A stretch of DNA of 60,930 nucleotides, counting the filler. It is 5 parts of 5 records of this genome, joined end to end, with 100 filler letters (N's around TTAATTAATTAA, not from the genome) between each part and the next. Parts side by side here need not be neighbours in the genome. Positions count along the whole stretch, not along the records: positions 1 to 16,010 come from SRR31156797_7643; 4 more parts are not named here. The stretch is one strand, 5' to 3'. The notes under the pieces are model-generated. The model ran no database searches and was not told the DNA's origin. It worked only from the letters and a program-made list of their open reading frames with translations. Position 1 is the first letter of the stretch. Every line of letters starts with the position of its first letter. Positions 1 to 9,771 of this stretch are shown here, piece by piece. The translations under genes were made by a program, and so were the position numbers.

Positions 1-2
1 GG

Positions 3-584
3 TATGTTTATTGTTCGAATAATCCGTTGAATAAGGTTGATCCGACTGGGCTGAGAGACGCTCCTGGAGCTTATCGGCCAGATGCAACAGGCTATAAGTT
101 AACAATCAATGTTAACCAACCAGGAACAGGTGGCGATCGGGAACCCTATGAGATGGATGGGTTGACACCAGGGACAGGGCATGCTTTTGTGACTATAACA
201 GATAATGATTCTGGGCATTCAATGAGTGCAGGATTTTATCCTGACTATACAGACGGTTCAAGGCCAAAGGATGTTTTATTAAATGGATCAGTATCGGGTA
301 AAGTCGTAGATGATTCAAGTTATGATAGAAGTAAAATAGACGTAATGAAATCTTTTGAAATTACTACAAACCAAGGTTTGAAAGTAAAAGAATTTATTTC
401 TGGAGCTAAATCGAATCCAGAGTATTACAATTTAAATGATTATAATTGTTCTGATTTCGTTATAGATGCTTCAAGAGAAGGAGGGATTAATCTACCTGAT
501 ACACAAGGGAAATGGTTAAACGGTGGAGGCTCAAATCCAGGTGACTTAGGTGAGGATTTAAGGACCCTTGAGACTGATGGATAA
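3..584 (+). CDS. Rhs-family polymorphic toxin, C-terminal part (5'-truncated), with a permuted papain-like toxin domain
   Basis: The frame from nt 3 reads YVYCSNNPLNKVDPTGL, the Rhs core/DPxG cleavage signature. The tip carries GHAF...GFYP...YNLNDYNCSDF (His before Cys). Confidence 0.85.
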   Translation, partial: YVYCSNNPLNKVDPTGLRDAPGAYRPDATGYKLTINVNQPGTGGDREPYEMDGLTPGTGHAFVTITDNDSGHSMSAGFYPDYTDGSRPKDVLLNGSVSGKVVDDSSYDRSKIDVMKSFEITTNQGLKVKEFISGAKSNPEYYNLNDYNCSDFVIDASREGGINLPDTQGKWLNGGGSNPGDLGEDLRTLETDG

Positions 585-601
585 AAAAGAGAGAACAAAG
601 T

Positions 602-826
602 ATGATTTCAAAAATTAAATATATAATTCCAGTAATTATATTCTTTTTACCAATTCCTATTTGGTTACAACCTGTTGAAAAGTGGGGAACTGAACCCGTT
701 TGGATTCCATTGTTTTTAGTTCTATTTCAATCATTAAAAAATCCAATATCATATCTAACTCTTTTTTGGCTTCTTCCAATAGGAATGTTTCTATGGCTTT
801 ACAAATCACGGAAAAGTAAGAAATAA
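602..826 (+). CDS. Small membrane protein, candidate immunity protein
   Basis: 74 aa, hydrophobic segments, starts 17 nt after the Rhs toxin stop. Confidence 0.55.
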   Translation: MISKIKYIIPVIIFFLPIPIWLQPVEKWGTEPVWIPLFLVLFQSLKNPISYLTLFWLLPIGMFLWLYKSRKSKK

Positions 827-841
827 ATGTTTTAATTTAAG

Positions 842-1329
842 GATGGGTCTAATTTGTATGTTCATTGGACGAATAATCCGCTGAATATGATTGACCCAAC
901 TTGACTTTTTGGGCAGAAGTATTTTGCAGAGTAATATGGTGAACCTATGCAATATCTAGATATTTTTAAGTCGACTATGTATAACGATAAAACAGCCAGA
1001 GTCTATGGTAGCGGTAATAGTCATTTTTTAAATCGAGTCAGGATATAAATGCATACGAAAAACTTGGACGATTATTACCAACGGGTATGGGTGATGCCCC
1101 AATAGATGCTACTAATGGTTTAATTACAAATGTTATAAATCCTGATACAGGTGTAAAGGTTTCATTAACTGTAGAAACAAACGATAAGAAAGAAGATATT
1201 AGTAATTGGGATATCCAAATTGGTGTTCCAGTTACAAATCCTGAGAATGATTCGATTATTTGGAAAACAATGAACGTTGATTATAGTAAGGATGGGCTGT
1301 TCAGATCTTATTTGATAATCCAGATTTAA
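842..1329 (+). pseudogene. Decayed orphan Rhs core/toxin module
   Basis: 842-904 translates DGSNLYVHWTNNPLNMIDPT*, an Rhs core motif with TGA at the Gly of DPTG. The residual ORF 1087-1329 may be the toxin tip. Confidence 0.7.
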
Positions 1330-1372
1330 TGTATCAAATATTTGAGCAAACAAAGATTGAAGAGTGAAGTGA

Positions 1373-2017
1373 ATGAAAATTAAAACATTATTTTATAGTT
1401 TAATATTGATATCAATAACTGGTTGTACCTGTGTTGATGGTAATATAGAATCCTATCCAGATTTGTTTGATAATAGAAGTAGTTCTTTATTCTATGAACT
1501 GATAGATGAGAATGCTGATGTTATTTATAGAGGAGAAGCTATAATAGATGAATCTGGATTCTTTGAATTTAAATTTCCAAGTAGATATTCCAATTCAAGT
1601 ACTTTACAATTAAGTGGCAGTAAAAATCTTCCTGCATCAATTCTTGGATCTTCAACAATTTTCTTAAACAGAAAGCAAAAAAAATATAATCTTGGTAAGC
1701 TTTATTCATATGATTATATGGATTTGAATATTGAAGAAATTAATTATGAAGATAATCTAAGACTGTATATTAACTGGTCTTCAAATATTCCAAATGTTGA
1801 TAAGTATAAAATATCAATACTTCGCTTCAAACCAAATGATTATAGTTTTAAATTAGTTTTTGAACAATATATTGAGCATAATCATTATGATCTAACTAAG
1901 TTGCTAAATGATAATTCTTTTTCTAAGGAATCATTGTATGTGTCTCTTTCAGCTGTTAGATTTTTATCTGAAGATGAGGTTGTTGTTGGAGAATCTAAGG
2001 CTTATATAATTCCATGA
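1373..2017 (+). CDS. Lipoprotein of unknown function, candidate immunity protein of the orphan Rhs module
   Basis: MKIK...LISITGC lipobox; very AT-rich; follows the orphan toxin remnant. Confidence 0.6.
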   Translation: MKIKTLFYSLILISITGCTCVDGNIESYPDLFDNRSSSLFYELIDENADVIYRGEAIIDESGFFEFKFPSRYSNSSTLQLSGSKNLPASILGSSTIFLNRKQKKYNLGKLYSYDYMDLNIEEINYEDNLRLYINWSSNIPNVDKYKISILRFKPNDYSFKLVFEQYIEHNHYDLTKLLNDNSFSKESLYVSLSAVRFLSEDEVVVGESKAYIIP

Positions 2018-2191
2018 ATCATATCTGTATTTATCAATTAATCTTGTGTCCGGGAGTGCAAACTCTTCGGTTAAGGATTATAACTTCAGAGTAGGAAAGA
2101 TATGTTTCTACCATTTGATTATTACAGTATTCTAAATACTGATACCATAATTACGACAATTTAAGATATTATACATTTAATAAGGAATCTT

Positions 2192-3556
2192 ATGAAAAAA
2201 ATCATACTACTATTATTAACAGGTCTTCTATGCTCCTGTGCCACCCAGATCGTAAGATGGTCTGATAAGTCTGATGAAATGTCCAGCCGTTCACTGCCTT
2301 GCGAATCCAATCAAGATGTCTTCCATGATTTTCTCTGGACAACACCTCCTCTCACGGCGCGTAAGATAGATAGTGACTTTATATTTGCTGATGAGGAATA
2401 TACTCTCAAAGCTACTGAGAACGGGGTAATAGTCACTAAAGAAGGGAGAGAACACTCTTTTGTATTTATTGAGAGTGACAAAGATAAATACCCGGATACA
2501 AGTTATCTGAAACCGACGACTAAAATCGTACATAAGTGGGTTCCCAGAACGACCACAAGAATGGAATCTGTACCGGTAACGAAGACTCGTACCGTCCCAG
2601 TAACGACCTACGGTGCCAACGGTGCGTCCAGCACCAGCTATAAGACAGAAGTCTATACAGACTTTGAGCATAGAACGATCACAGAAACAGATTGGGTGTG
2701 GGAAAGTCATAGTGAACCGACCTATAAAGTTCCATCCTTTCATTACTGCGATATTGAGATGGATGGTGAAACGTTGTTTTGGATATATAAGATAGATGAT
2801 CAATACTACCTCCAGAATCCCAACTATCTTATGTGTACAGAAACAAATGAATCCTTCTGGGGGGACAAAGAAGTCAATATCATCTTTGTGGACAGTAATG
2901 GTAATGGGGTTTTCTTTGAGGATGAAGATCATGTTCTCTTCAATACCTGGAATCCATACGATCCGGAAAGCAAATACTCGGAGATTTCCTATCTTATGGA
3001 TAATAAATGGTACTATGCCGATATTCTGAAAAAGGAACTGTTCCTCGATTTCATTCCTACAGAAGGGAAGATCGAATTTTCCTATCTCAATGAACGTTTT
3101 ATGGATACCAATGGGCAGGGAACGTTAACCATAAATGGTATTGACGGCCATAAATCTCTTATTAATATTAATGGTAAGAAGTACAAAATCAGAGATGGAA
3201 AACCATTCAAGTCAGAGTACGGATTTTTTAATCTCAAGATCTCTATACCTCATCATCTTGATTACGAAGAAATCTATACTATTGATGAAACTGAACCAAA
3301 TAAAGTTATTGACTATTCTCTGACAGATGAGGCAGTACTGCTTGAGATAAAAAACATTTTTGCGAAGAACTATTTCGTAACGGTTAAAACTGGTGATGAT
3401 GAGAGAACTTTTTATAATATGAAAAAAATGAATATTCCTCTTGGAGAAAGTACTGTAGAAATCAGTGTCAATGGGTTTACATTCGTGAAGAAAATTGACT
3501 CATTAACGACAGGTGAGGTCTCTATTGATTTCGAAGAGGAAATTAAAAATCTTTAA
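2192..3556 (+). CDS. Hypothetical lipoprotein (454 aa)
   Basis: AAGGA RBS, MKKIILLLLTGLLCSC lipobox, long ORF. Confidence 0.75.
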   Translation: MKKIILLLLTGLLCSCATQIVRWSDKSDEMSSRSLPCESNQDVFHDFLWTTPPLTARKIDSDFIFADEEYTLKATENGVIVTKEGREHSFVFIESDKDKYPDTSYLKPTTKIVHKWVPRTTTRMESVPVTKTRTVPVTTYGANGASSTSYKTEVYTDFEHRTITETDWVWESHSEPTYKVPSFHYCDIEMDGETLFWIYKIDDQYYLQNPNYLMCTETNESFWGDKEVNIIFVDSNGNGVFFEDEDHVLFNTWNPYDPESKYSEISYLMDNKWYYADILKKELFLDFIPTEGKIEFSYLNERFMDTNGQGTLTINGIDGHKSLININGKKYKIRDGKPFKSEYGFFNLKISIPHHLDYEEIYTIDETEPNKVIDYSLTDEAVLLEIKNIFAKNYFVTVKTGDDERTFYNMKKMNIPLGESTVEISVNGFTFVKKIDSLTTGEVSIDFEEEIKNL

Positions 3557-3856
3557 ATATCTGTTATGAATGATGGGATATTAAGGAAGAAAATCCCTAC
3601 CTGTACGATATGCCATTGAGTCTGCCTGACCATTTAGTCGGATATTTTTGAAAATATTTTTTTCTATATTATTCTCTCCATCAATGTACTGATGGTTGCG
3701 GGCTTTCAGTATATTGAAGCTTTGTCATTGAGTATTTGAAAAAAGTATATTATTGGGCCATTATGTTGCTTCTTTTGAGTAAGTTTTTCTTGATATTATG
3801 CCGATAAATAAATAATTGAATATTATTGGTTTTTAGTAAAACTATCAGGAGAAAAT

Positions 3857-4600
3857 ATGGAATCTATCAAGAAAAAAATTGCTCTATTTGTGTTTTTATT
3901 GTTCGTCAGTTTTTACGTAAGCTCACAGAATGCGGCGATTATGGTCACGGAAGTAGGGAATGTCGGAATCGGAACCGAGGCTGCTACTGAAAAACTGGAT
4001 GTATCGGGAAATGCCAGGGTCCGGGAAAACCTCAGTATAGAAGGGAATTTCACGGTAGCCGGTGTCGGCCATGCCTACGTACCGAGGGGGGCCATACTGA
4101 TGTGGTCCGGCAGTATAGAAGAGATCCCGGAAGGATGGGTTTTATGCGACGGCCAGTCCCATAACATACGCTTGGAGGATGATACGGATCTTACCGTACA
4201 CACTCCCGATTTGAGAAGCCGGTTTATCGTCGGAGCCTCTCCGGAAGGGACTGTACTGGCCGATGGATTAAGCCCTTACCCTGTCGGGGCTAAAGATGTA
4301 AACGGCGAGGGAGAAGAGAAGCATACATTGACTGTTGAGGAGATGCCGGCCCATGATCATGGGGGATCTAATAATTATACCAACACCGATGGGGCGCATC
4401 GGCATTATACTGGCATGACAAGTAGTCATACAGGCAATACGAAGCGTGTTACTGTAGGCTGGGATGAGTCACAAGGAGCACAATATACAGCTACCGATGG
4501 TGCCCACCGGCATAGGTTCACCATCCCATCGGAAGGGGGCGGGCAGGCCCATGAGAACAGACCCCCTTATTTCGCCCTGGCCTTTATTATGAAAACCTGA
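3857..4600 (+). CDS. Secreted phage tail-collar/tail-fibre-tip domain protein
   Basis: AGGAG RBS; Sec-like signal; GNVGIGT; VPRGAILMWSG..IPEGWVLCDG..PDLRSRFIVG; GEEKHTLTVEEMPAHDH; HENRPPYFALAFIMK. Confidence 0.85.
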   Translation: MESIKKKIALFVFLLFVSFYVSSQNAAIMVTEVGNVGIGTEAATEKLDVSGNARVRENLSIEGNFTVAGVGHAYVPRGAILMWSGSIEEIPEGWVLCDGQSHNIRLEDDTDLTVHTPDLRSRFIVGASPEGTVLADGLSPYPVGAKDVNGEGEEKHTLTVEEMPAHDHGGSNNYTNTDGAHRHYTGMTSSHTGNTKRVTVGWDESQGAQYTATDGAHRHRFTIPSEGGGQAHENRPPYFALAFIMKT

Positions 4601-4662
4601 AGCCGGCTCTTCCGGATTGTTAAAAGAGGATTCGGATGGCTGCATCCTGCTGGAAGGAAACC

Positions 4663-5235
4663 TCAGAAATCAGGATCCAGCTGTCGGATCGCCTCCAGCT
4701 TTTCAAGTGACTCCGCATCATCTCCCCGCAGTTTATAGAGCACCGCCTGAAGATAGAGAGTCTCGAGAGAAGCAGGGTCAATCTTAAATGCCCTTTCCAG
4801 GTCGGAATCCGCATCCTTCAGGTTTCGCTTATCCAGATGCCCCTCGGCACTCTCCAGCAGAGACTCCAAGGAGATCATTTGGATATAGAGGACCTGGGTG
4901 GCATCGGCAAAGTCGAAGGATATCGTTCCTTCCTCAAAGCCAGATTTCCTGACGGCCACATTATGGACTCCCTTCTTCAATTCGGGAATCATAAATCGGC
5001 CGTTTATATCAGAAACCACTTTATGTACCTCTTTATCCGTATCGGGATCATACAGAGATATATCGGCGCCGCTGCAGGGCTTGTTCTTGGAATTATACAC
5101 GATGCCGAAAAGGGGAGCCCTTTCGAAATCGTGGATCTCCTTCATCTCGAAGACATCATTGGTGAGCCTGCCCGAGGCGCAGGAGGATAGGACCAATGCT
5201 GCGGCGAGAATAAAGTAAAGCCTATTTGTATACAT
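4663..5235 (-). CDS. Lipoprotein with carboxypeptidase-regulatory-like domain and C-terminal TPR; last gene of the T2SS-like operon
   Basis: LVLSSC lipobox; SDINGRFMIPELKKGVHNVAVRKSGF; TPR-like helices; overlaps the upstream gene. Confidence 0.7.
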   Translation of the reverse strand: MYTNRLYFILAAALVLSSCASGRLTNDVFEMKEIHDFERAPLFGIVYNSKNKPCSGADISLYDPDTDKEVHKVVSDINGRFMIPELKKGVHNVAVRKSGFEEGTISFDFADATQVLYIQMISLESLLESAEGHLDKRNLKDADSDLERAFKIDPASLETLYLQAVLYKLRGDDAESLEKLEAIRQLDPDF

Positions 5236-6121
5236 AGCGTTCTTCTCCGTCGATCATGAGGATGATTCTGTCTGATTTCACCTCTAAGAGCCGGTAGGGG
5301 GATTGATCCGCCCCCTGAAGCAGCTCGAAGGTTCTGTTGGTTCTCTTGTCCAGGATATAGTAAAGCCGTTTGCTCTCATTGACACTCATGCCGACATAGC
5401 AGAGCCAGGCGGGGCCCTCCGCCATACGGGGAGGGGGCGGCGCCTGAGGCGTCGGTTCTTGTGGGGTCTCGACCAATACGGCCTCCCTTCGGGGCCGGGG
5501 GAAATTGAAAAGCCTTCGTATCAGATATCCTTCTGCCCTAGCGGAGCTCTCCCTTTTCCGGACCTCGATGAAAGCCAATGCCTCTCCAGCGCTGAGAATT
5601 TCCTCCGATTTTTCGTCTGGAAGGCTTAGAACGGCGGGAGAAATGATGAGACCGGCGCTGGTCTTGCTCTGGGAAGCATGGATCGTCAGGTTCTCAATCC
5701 TGAGGTACTGAGGCCAAGCTGACAAAGCCCTGATAAGCTTTAAGAGGCTGGGCATGCTCGTGTCCAGCTGATAGTGAAAGCCGCCCCGGCCGTTTCTGTT
5801 GACCAGATTGTAGGATTTGATCTCGTTGCCTGTACTGCGGATAGTTTCGGACAGTTCCAGGCCTATCCTGATAAGATCTTCATCGACAAGCTCAGGATAG
5901 AAGAGAGAATCGTTCTCATTGATGAACTCTTCCATCCGCTTCTCCGAGCTCGCATCATTCTGAAGAGAGCCGCTCTGTCTGGATTGGCTCAGCTGGGCGG
6001 AAACCCTGTTCAACAGGGCCTGCTTTTCCCGGATGTCTCCAGAGAGGACAATTCTCAAGCCCGACGAGAGGAGGAGCATCGCGAAAAGGATGGAAATGAG
6101 GATCTTGTAGGGACCTTTCAT
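5222..6121 (-). CDS. T2SS/T4P assembly-platform protein (GspM/PilO-like, with Pro-rich C-terminal extension)
   Basis: N-terminal TM plus coiled coil; LLKLIRALSAWPQYLRIENLTI resembles PilO; operon position. Confidence 0.5.
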   Translation of the reverse strand: MKGPYKILISILFAMLLLSSGLRIVLSGDIREKQALLNRVSAQLSQSRQSGSLQNDASSEKRMEEFINENDSLFYPELVDEDLIRIGLELSETIRSTGNEIKSYNLVNRNGRGGFHYQLDTSMPSLLKLIRALSAWPQYLRIENLTIHASQSKTSAGLIISPAVLSLPDEKSEEILSAGEALAFIEVRKRESSARAEGYLIRRLFNFPRPRREAVLVETPQEPTPQAPPPPRMAEGPAWLCYVGMSVNESKRLYYILDKRTNRTFELLQGADQSPYRLLEVKSDRIILMIDGEERYVYK

Positions 6122-7119
6122 TTGAGCACCCCTGTGATATTGAATCTTTCTCTCTCCCCCTCGAGAGTAGGCTGAATGCTGCTGGGGATAATCTCCTGAA
6201 ACAGACCCGTCCCATAGAGATCCGATACCAGCTCCAGGGCGTTGTCGGTCTCGCCCCTCAGGTCGATCCGTTCCTCGGTAAAGACGAGGTTGCTAATCAA
6301 AACCCTTCTCTCCACAGCCTGAGCAAGGGACTGCATTATGCCATAGGCATCGGCGGGGACCGAGTCGGCTATGCCCGTCATCTGAATACGCAGAGGGGAT
6401 GTCTCACTGACAGCCGACGCTTTCCGATTCTCCGCCGCTACCATCTTCTTCTGATGCTCCCTGGCCGCCGCCAGATCATTTGTTAACAGCCCTCTCTCCC
6501 TATAAAGAGAAAATAGGTCTAGCAGAGAGAAAAGGAGAAGCCCCGACAGGATTACCGCGGCCGCTACGGGAAGCCATATGGATTTCTTCCTCTGAGAAAA
6601 GGCAGGGCGCCTGAAGGCCTTCACGGGGTGTAAGGAGAGGCCCCCATTACCGATAGCAAGGGCATCGTCCGGAGCCTTTTCGGTTTCATAGGAATCGAGG
6701 CCATTGATCTCGGTATCAAAAACCCCATACCTGTCACTGCCCAGGGAGAGGGAGTACAGGCCGGGTTTTTTCACAAGCTGAAAGAGGTAATAAAGCGGCT
6801 TTCCCTGGTTCTGGTAAGGTGCAAGGACCTCTTTGTGCATCAGGCAAAGGATAATGGTCCTCTTCTTCCCCGAACCTGTTAGATAGTAATCAGTTATCAG
6901 GTCGTCGTAGGGACCGGGATGGATGGAGCGGATGTACTGTGAGATAAAAGCCCTGATCTGCTCGTCCTTGGTCAGCTGGGTCGGAACGGCGTACAGATGG
7001 CTGTCCGACGCTGAGATGATGATGCCGTCGCCGGATGACGATATTTTTTTCCCCGGCGAAAGGGGATCATAGAGCCTGAGACCGTCTCTCTCAATTCTTC
7101 CGTACAAAAGATTCATCAC
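6118..7119 (-). CDS. GspL/PilN-like assembly-platform protein
   Basis: Cytoplasmic N-domain, central TM, coiled coil, C-terminal PilN-like domain (IDLRGETDNALELVSDL...RFNITG). Confidence 0.6.
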   Translation of the reverse strand: MMNLLYGRIERDGLRLYDPLSPGKKISSSGDGIIISASDSHLYAVPTQLTKDEQIRAFISQYIRSIHPGPYDDLITDYYLTGSGKKRTIILCLMHKEVLAPYQNQGKPLYYLFQLVKKPGLYSLSLGSDRYGVFDTEINGLDSYETEKAPDDALAIGNGGLSLHPVKAFRRPAFSQRKKSIWLPVAAAVILSGLLLFSLLDLFSLYRERGLLTNDLAAAREHQKKMVAAENRKASAVSETSPLRIQMTGIADSVPADAYGIMQSLAQAVERRVLISNLVFTEERIDLRGETDNALELVSDLYGTGLFQEIIPSSIQPTLEGERERFNITGVLK

Positions 7120-8303
7120 AACACCGATCCGTATATGGTTACCAGCGGAATCACAACGTTTACAACAAACACAAGCATCAGCCCCCCTATGCCGACAATC
7201 ATCACAGGTTCCACCATGGTCATAATCAGTTTCATCCTCTTTTCAATAGAGTTCTTATAGTAATCGGAGAGCTGGGAGAAGATATTCTCCACATTTCCCG
7301 TTGATTCGCCGAAGCTTATCCATTGGCTTATCCTGTCGGGAAAGGCAGTGCTTTCCTTAAAGGCCCTGGACAGAAGCTCTCCCTTCTTGATCTTTTCCCG
7401 GATGGCGATCAATTGATCCCTGATTTCCCTGTTCTTCAGAACCGCCGCGCTCTGGGTCAGAGCATCCTCAAGGCTGATGCCGTTGGCGCTCAGAATCTGG
7501 AGCGAGTAGAGGATGTTGTAATATTCGCCTTCTCCCACCAGTGTCTTGATCAGAGGGAGCCGGATCAGGATCCTGTCCATGGCGAGGGCCGCCGAGTGAC
7601 TCACTCTGCGAAGCAGCGCGAGAAGGGTCAGGATCATAAGGGATGTCGGAACGAAGAGAAGGCTTGAAGAACGGAAGCGTTCCAGTTTCAGGATAAGCGC
7701 CTCGATCTCAGGGGACGAGCTCCCCAACTGCTGTATGATCTCCTGTATCGCCGGGATCACGAAAAGGGACGCCAGAAGCGCCGCCAGGAGGACCAGAACC
7801 GTTACGAAGGCGGGGTAGATCATAGAACCTATGACGAGGTCTCTGAATTTCTTTCTATCCTCAAGGTAGCTCTGGAGCTGATTCATGATCTGTTTCAGTG
7901 AGCCGATCCTCTCTCCGATGGATACCAGGCCGAGGTAGAGGGGAGGAAGATTGCCGCAGGCTTGGTTCAACGCCTGGTGAAAGCTCTCTCCCTTTTGAAG
8001 GCGCTCTCCAATGGTCTGGTTCAGGCTCTTGCTTTTGCGGCTGCCCAGTCCCTTGGCGCCGAGGATCAGGCTGTCCTTGACGCTGAGCCCCGCGTTCATC
8101 ATCAGCGCCAGCGAAGAAGTGAAGTCCAGGAGGGTCTGAAGGGAAACCTTCCGCCCTGAGGAACGGGTCAGCTCCCGGCACTCTACCAGGATCCTGCCGT
8201 CCCTTCTGAGCTCATTGACCAGGCTGTCCCTGGATGAGGCGTTAAGGATGCCCTTGTGAATCTTTCCGTCCTGCTCCGTGATCAGGCATCTATATTTCGG
8301 CAT
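7116..8303 (-). CDS. gspF: Type II secretion system inner-membrane platform protein F
   Basis: Two T2SSF repeats: IGERIGSL..SMIYP and GESTGNV...MVEP. Confidence 0.92.
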   Translation of the reverse strand: MPKYRCLITEQDGKIHKGILNASSRDSLVNELRRDGRILVECRELTRSSGRKVSLQTLLDFTSSLALMMNAGLSVKDSLILGAKGLGSRKSKSLNQTIGERLQKGESFHQALNQACGNLPPLYLGLVSIGERIGSLKQIMNQLQSYLEDRKKFRDLVIGSMIYPAFVTVLVLLAALLASLFVIPAIQEIIQQLGSSSPEIEALILKLERFRSSSLLFVPTSLMILTLLALLRRVSHSAALAMDRILIRLPLIKTLVGEGEYYNILYSLQILSANGISLEDALTQSAAVLKNREIRDQLIAIREKIKKGELLSRAFKESTAFPDRISQWISFGESTGNVENIFSQLSDYYKNSIEKRMKLIMTMVEPVMIVGIGGLMLVFVVNVVIPLVTIYGSVL

Positions 8304-9771
8304 TGAAGAATACCACCCTTTGGATCTCGGAAACCGAAGTCATTCCCTGTTTCAGCGCCCAGAGAGCATTGAAGGAGAAAGGATTCAAACCGTTTCTTGT
8401 AATATGGTCGATGATCTCGTTAGAGTGCTGGGCCTCGCAGATCACCTCCTCCGTCTCCTTGCTGTTGAGAAAGTACTCAATGATAGGGGTACGACCCTTG
8501 TATCCGCTTCCCCCGCACTCCTCGCAGCCCTGCGGCTCATAGACCGTAAGCTCCCGGTCTCCGATACCGAAGAGCCTCCTTTCCTGGTCGCTCATAGCGC
8601 GACGGGCTTTGCAGCTGCAGAGTTTCCTCACAAGCCGCTGGGCTATGACGCCCCGGATCACCGAACCCGTCAGGTAGGCGGGAACCCCCATATTGAGGAG
8701 CCTCGTGATGGCAGAAGGCGCGTCGTTTGTATGGAGGGTGGAGAGAACAAGGTGCCCGGTGAGAGAGGCTCTGATGGCCAGCTCAGCCGTTTCCTTATCC
8801 CGGATCTCCCCCACCATGATCGTGTCCGGGTCCTGGCGCAGCACACGGCGCAGGAGGGTACTGAAGGAGAGGCCTATCTCATCGTTCGTCTGAATCTGAT
8901 CAATCCCGTCGATGACAAACTCAACGGGATCTTCGATGGTGATGATCTTCTTCGTATCCGACTTAATGTGGTTGAGCATGGCGTTGAGGGTCGTGGTCTT
9001 ACCGCTTCCCGTGGGGCCGGTCACCAGGATAAGGCCGTGGGGATGGGAGCAGAGGCGGCGGATATCCCCTCCTATCCTCTCCGGGAAGCCAAGCTTCCCC
9101 AGCTCGGCCGCCGCCGAGCTGTCCAGATTCAGAAGCCTGAGGACTATGGACTCCCCCTTGGCGATGGGGACCACCGAGATACGGATATCCAGGGAGAGGC
9201 CTCCCGACTCAACGGTAAACCGTCCGTCCTGGGGCTTTCGCGTCTCCATGATATTAAGGTTCGCCATGATCTTGAGACGGCTGGAAACGGCCTTGAACCG
9301 CTCCCTGGTGAAGCTTGTATAGACCTGAAGCAGGCCGTCGATCCGGAAACGGACCACCGCTTCTTCGCTGAAGCATTCGAAATGGATATCCGAAGCCTTC
9401 TTCTGTACCCCGTCTATCAGAAGGCTGTTCACCAGGTTGATGATGGGGGCGTCATTGGCCAGACGGTCTATCTCCAGGCGCTCAGAGCCCTCTAGAAAAA
9501 CGTCCTCTCCCTTTTCCTTGGAGAGTTCCCGGCCCAGAAATGAGGTCAGGTCGTCGTCCCCTATCAGAACCTCCCGGATTTCCCGTCCCCGGAAGGTATT
9601 GCCGAGCACCTTGTTCAGCGTCCGATCCAGAGGGGGGGTGCACAATCCTATGGAGATGGACGCGGCATCCTCATCCAGTTTTATTACCCGGTTGTGCTCG
9701 ATGAAGTCCAAAGAGAACTGTTCGATTCCCGGCTTGAGGGGAAGATACTCGCTGATCAGCTTTTTCGTCAT
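8290..9771 (-). CDS. gspE: Type II secretion system ATPase GspE/PulE
   Basis: ASDIHFE, GPTGSGKTTT, TIEDPVE, LRQDPD..VGEIRD, GHLVLSTLHTND, Cys-rich Zn motif. Confidence 0.95.
   Translation of the reverse strand: MTKKLISEYLPLKPGIEQFSLDFIEHNRVIKLDEDAASISIGLCTPPLDRTLNKVLGNTFRGREIREVLIGDDDLTSFLGRELSKEKGEDVFLEGSERLEIDRLANDAPIINLVNSLLIDGVQKKASDIHFECFSEEAVVRFRIDGLLQVYTSFTRERFKAVSSRLKIMANLNIMETRKPQDGRFTVESGGLSLDIRISVVPIAKGESIVLRLLNLDSSAAAELGKLGFPERIGGDIRRLCSHPHGLILVTGPTGSGKTTTLNAMLNHIKSDTKKIITIEDPVEFVIDGIDQIQTNDEIGLSFSTLLRRVLRQDPDTIMVGEIRDKETAELAIRASLTGHLVLSTLHTNDAPSAITRLLNMGVPAYLTGSVIRGVIAQRLVRKLCSCKARRAMSDQERRLFGIGDRELTVYEPQGCEECGGSGYKGRTPIIEYFLNSKETEEVICEAQHSNEIIDHITRNGLNPFSFNALWALKQGMTSVSEIQRVVFFNAEI

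Noticed and set aside
3857-4600. Prophage or tailocin
   Set aside because: No capsid, sheath, tube, baseplate, terminase or integrase genes on the contig.
8278-9495. 405-aa plus-strand ORF and similar long antisense ORFs (e.g. 22310-23284, 24208-25131)
   Set aside because: Shadows of well-supported genes on the opposite strand, with no motifs of their own.
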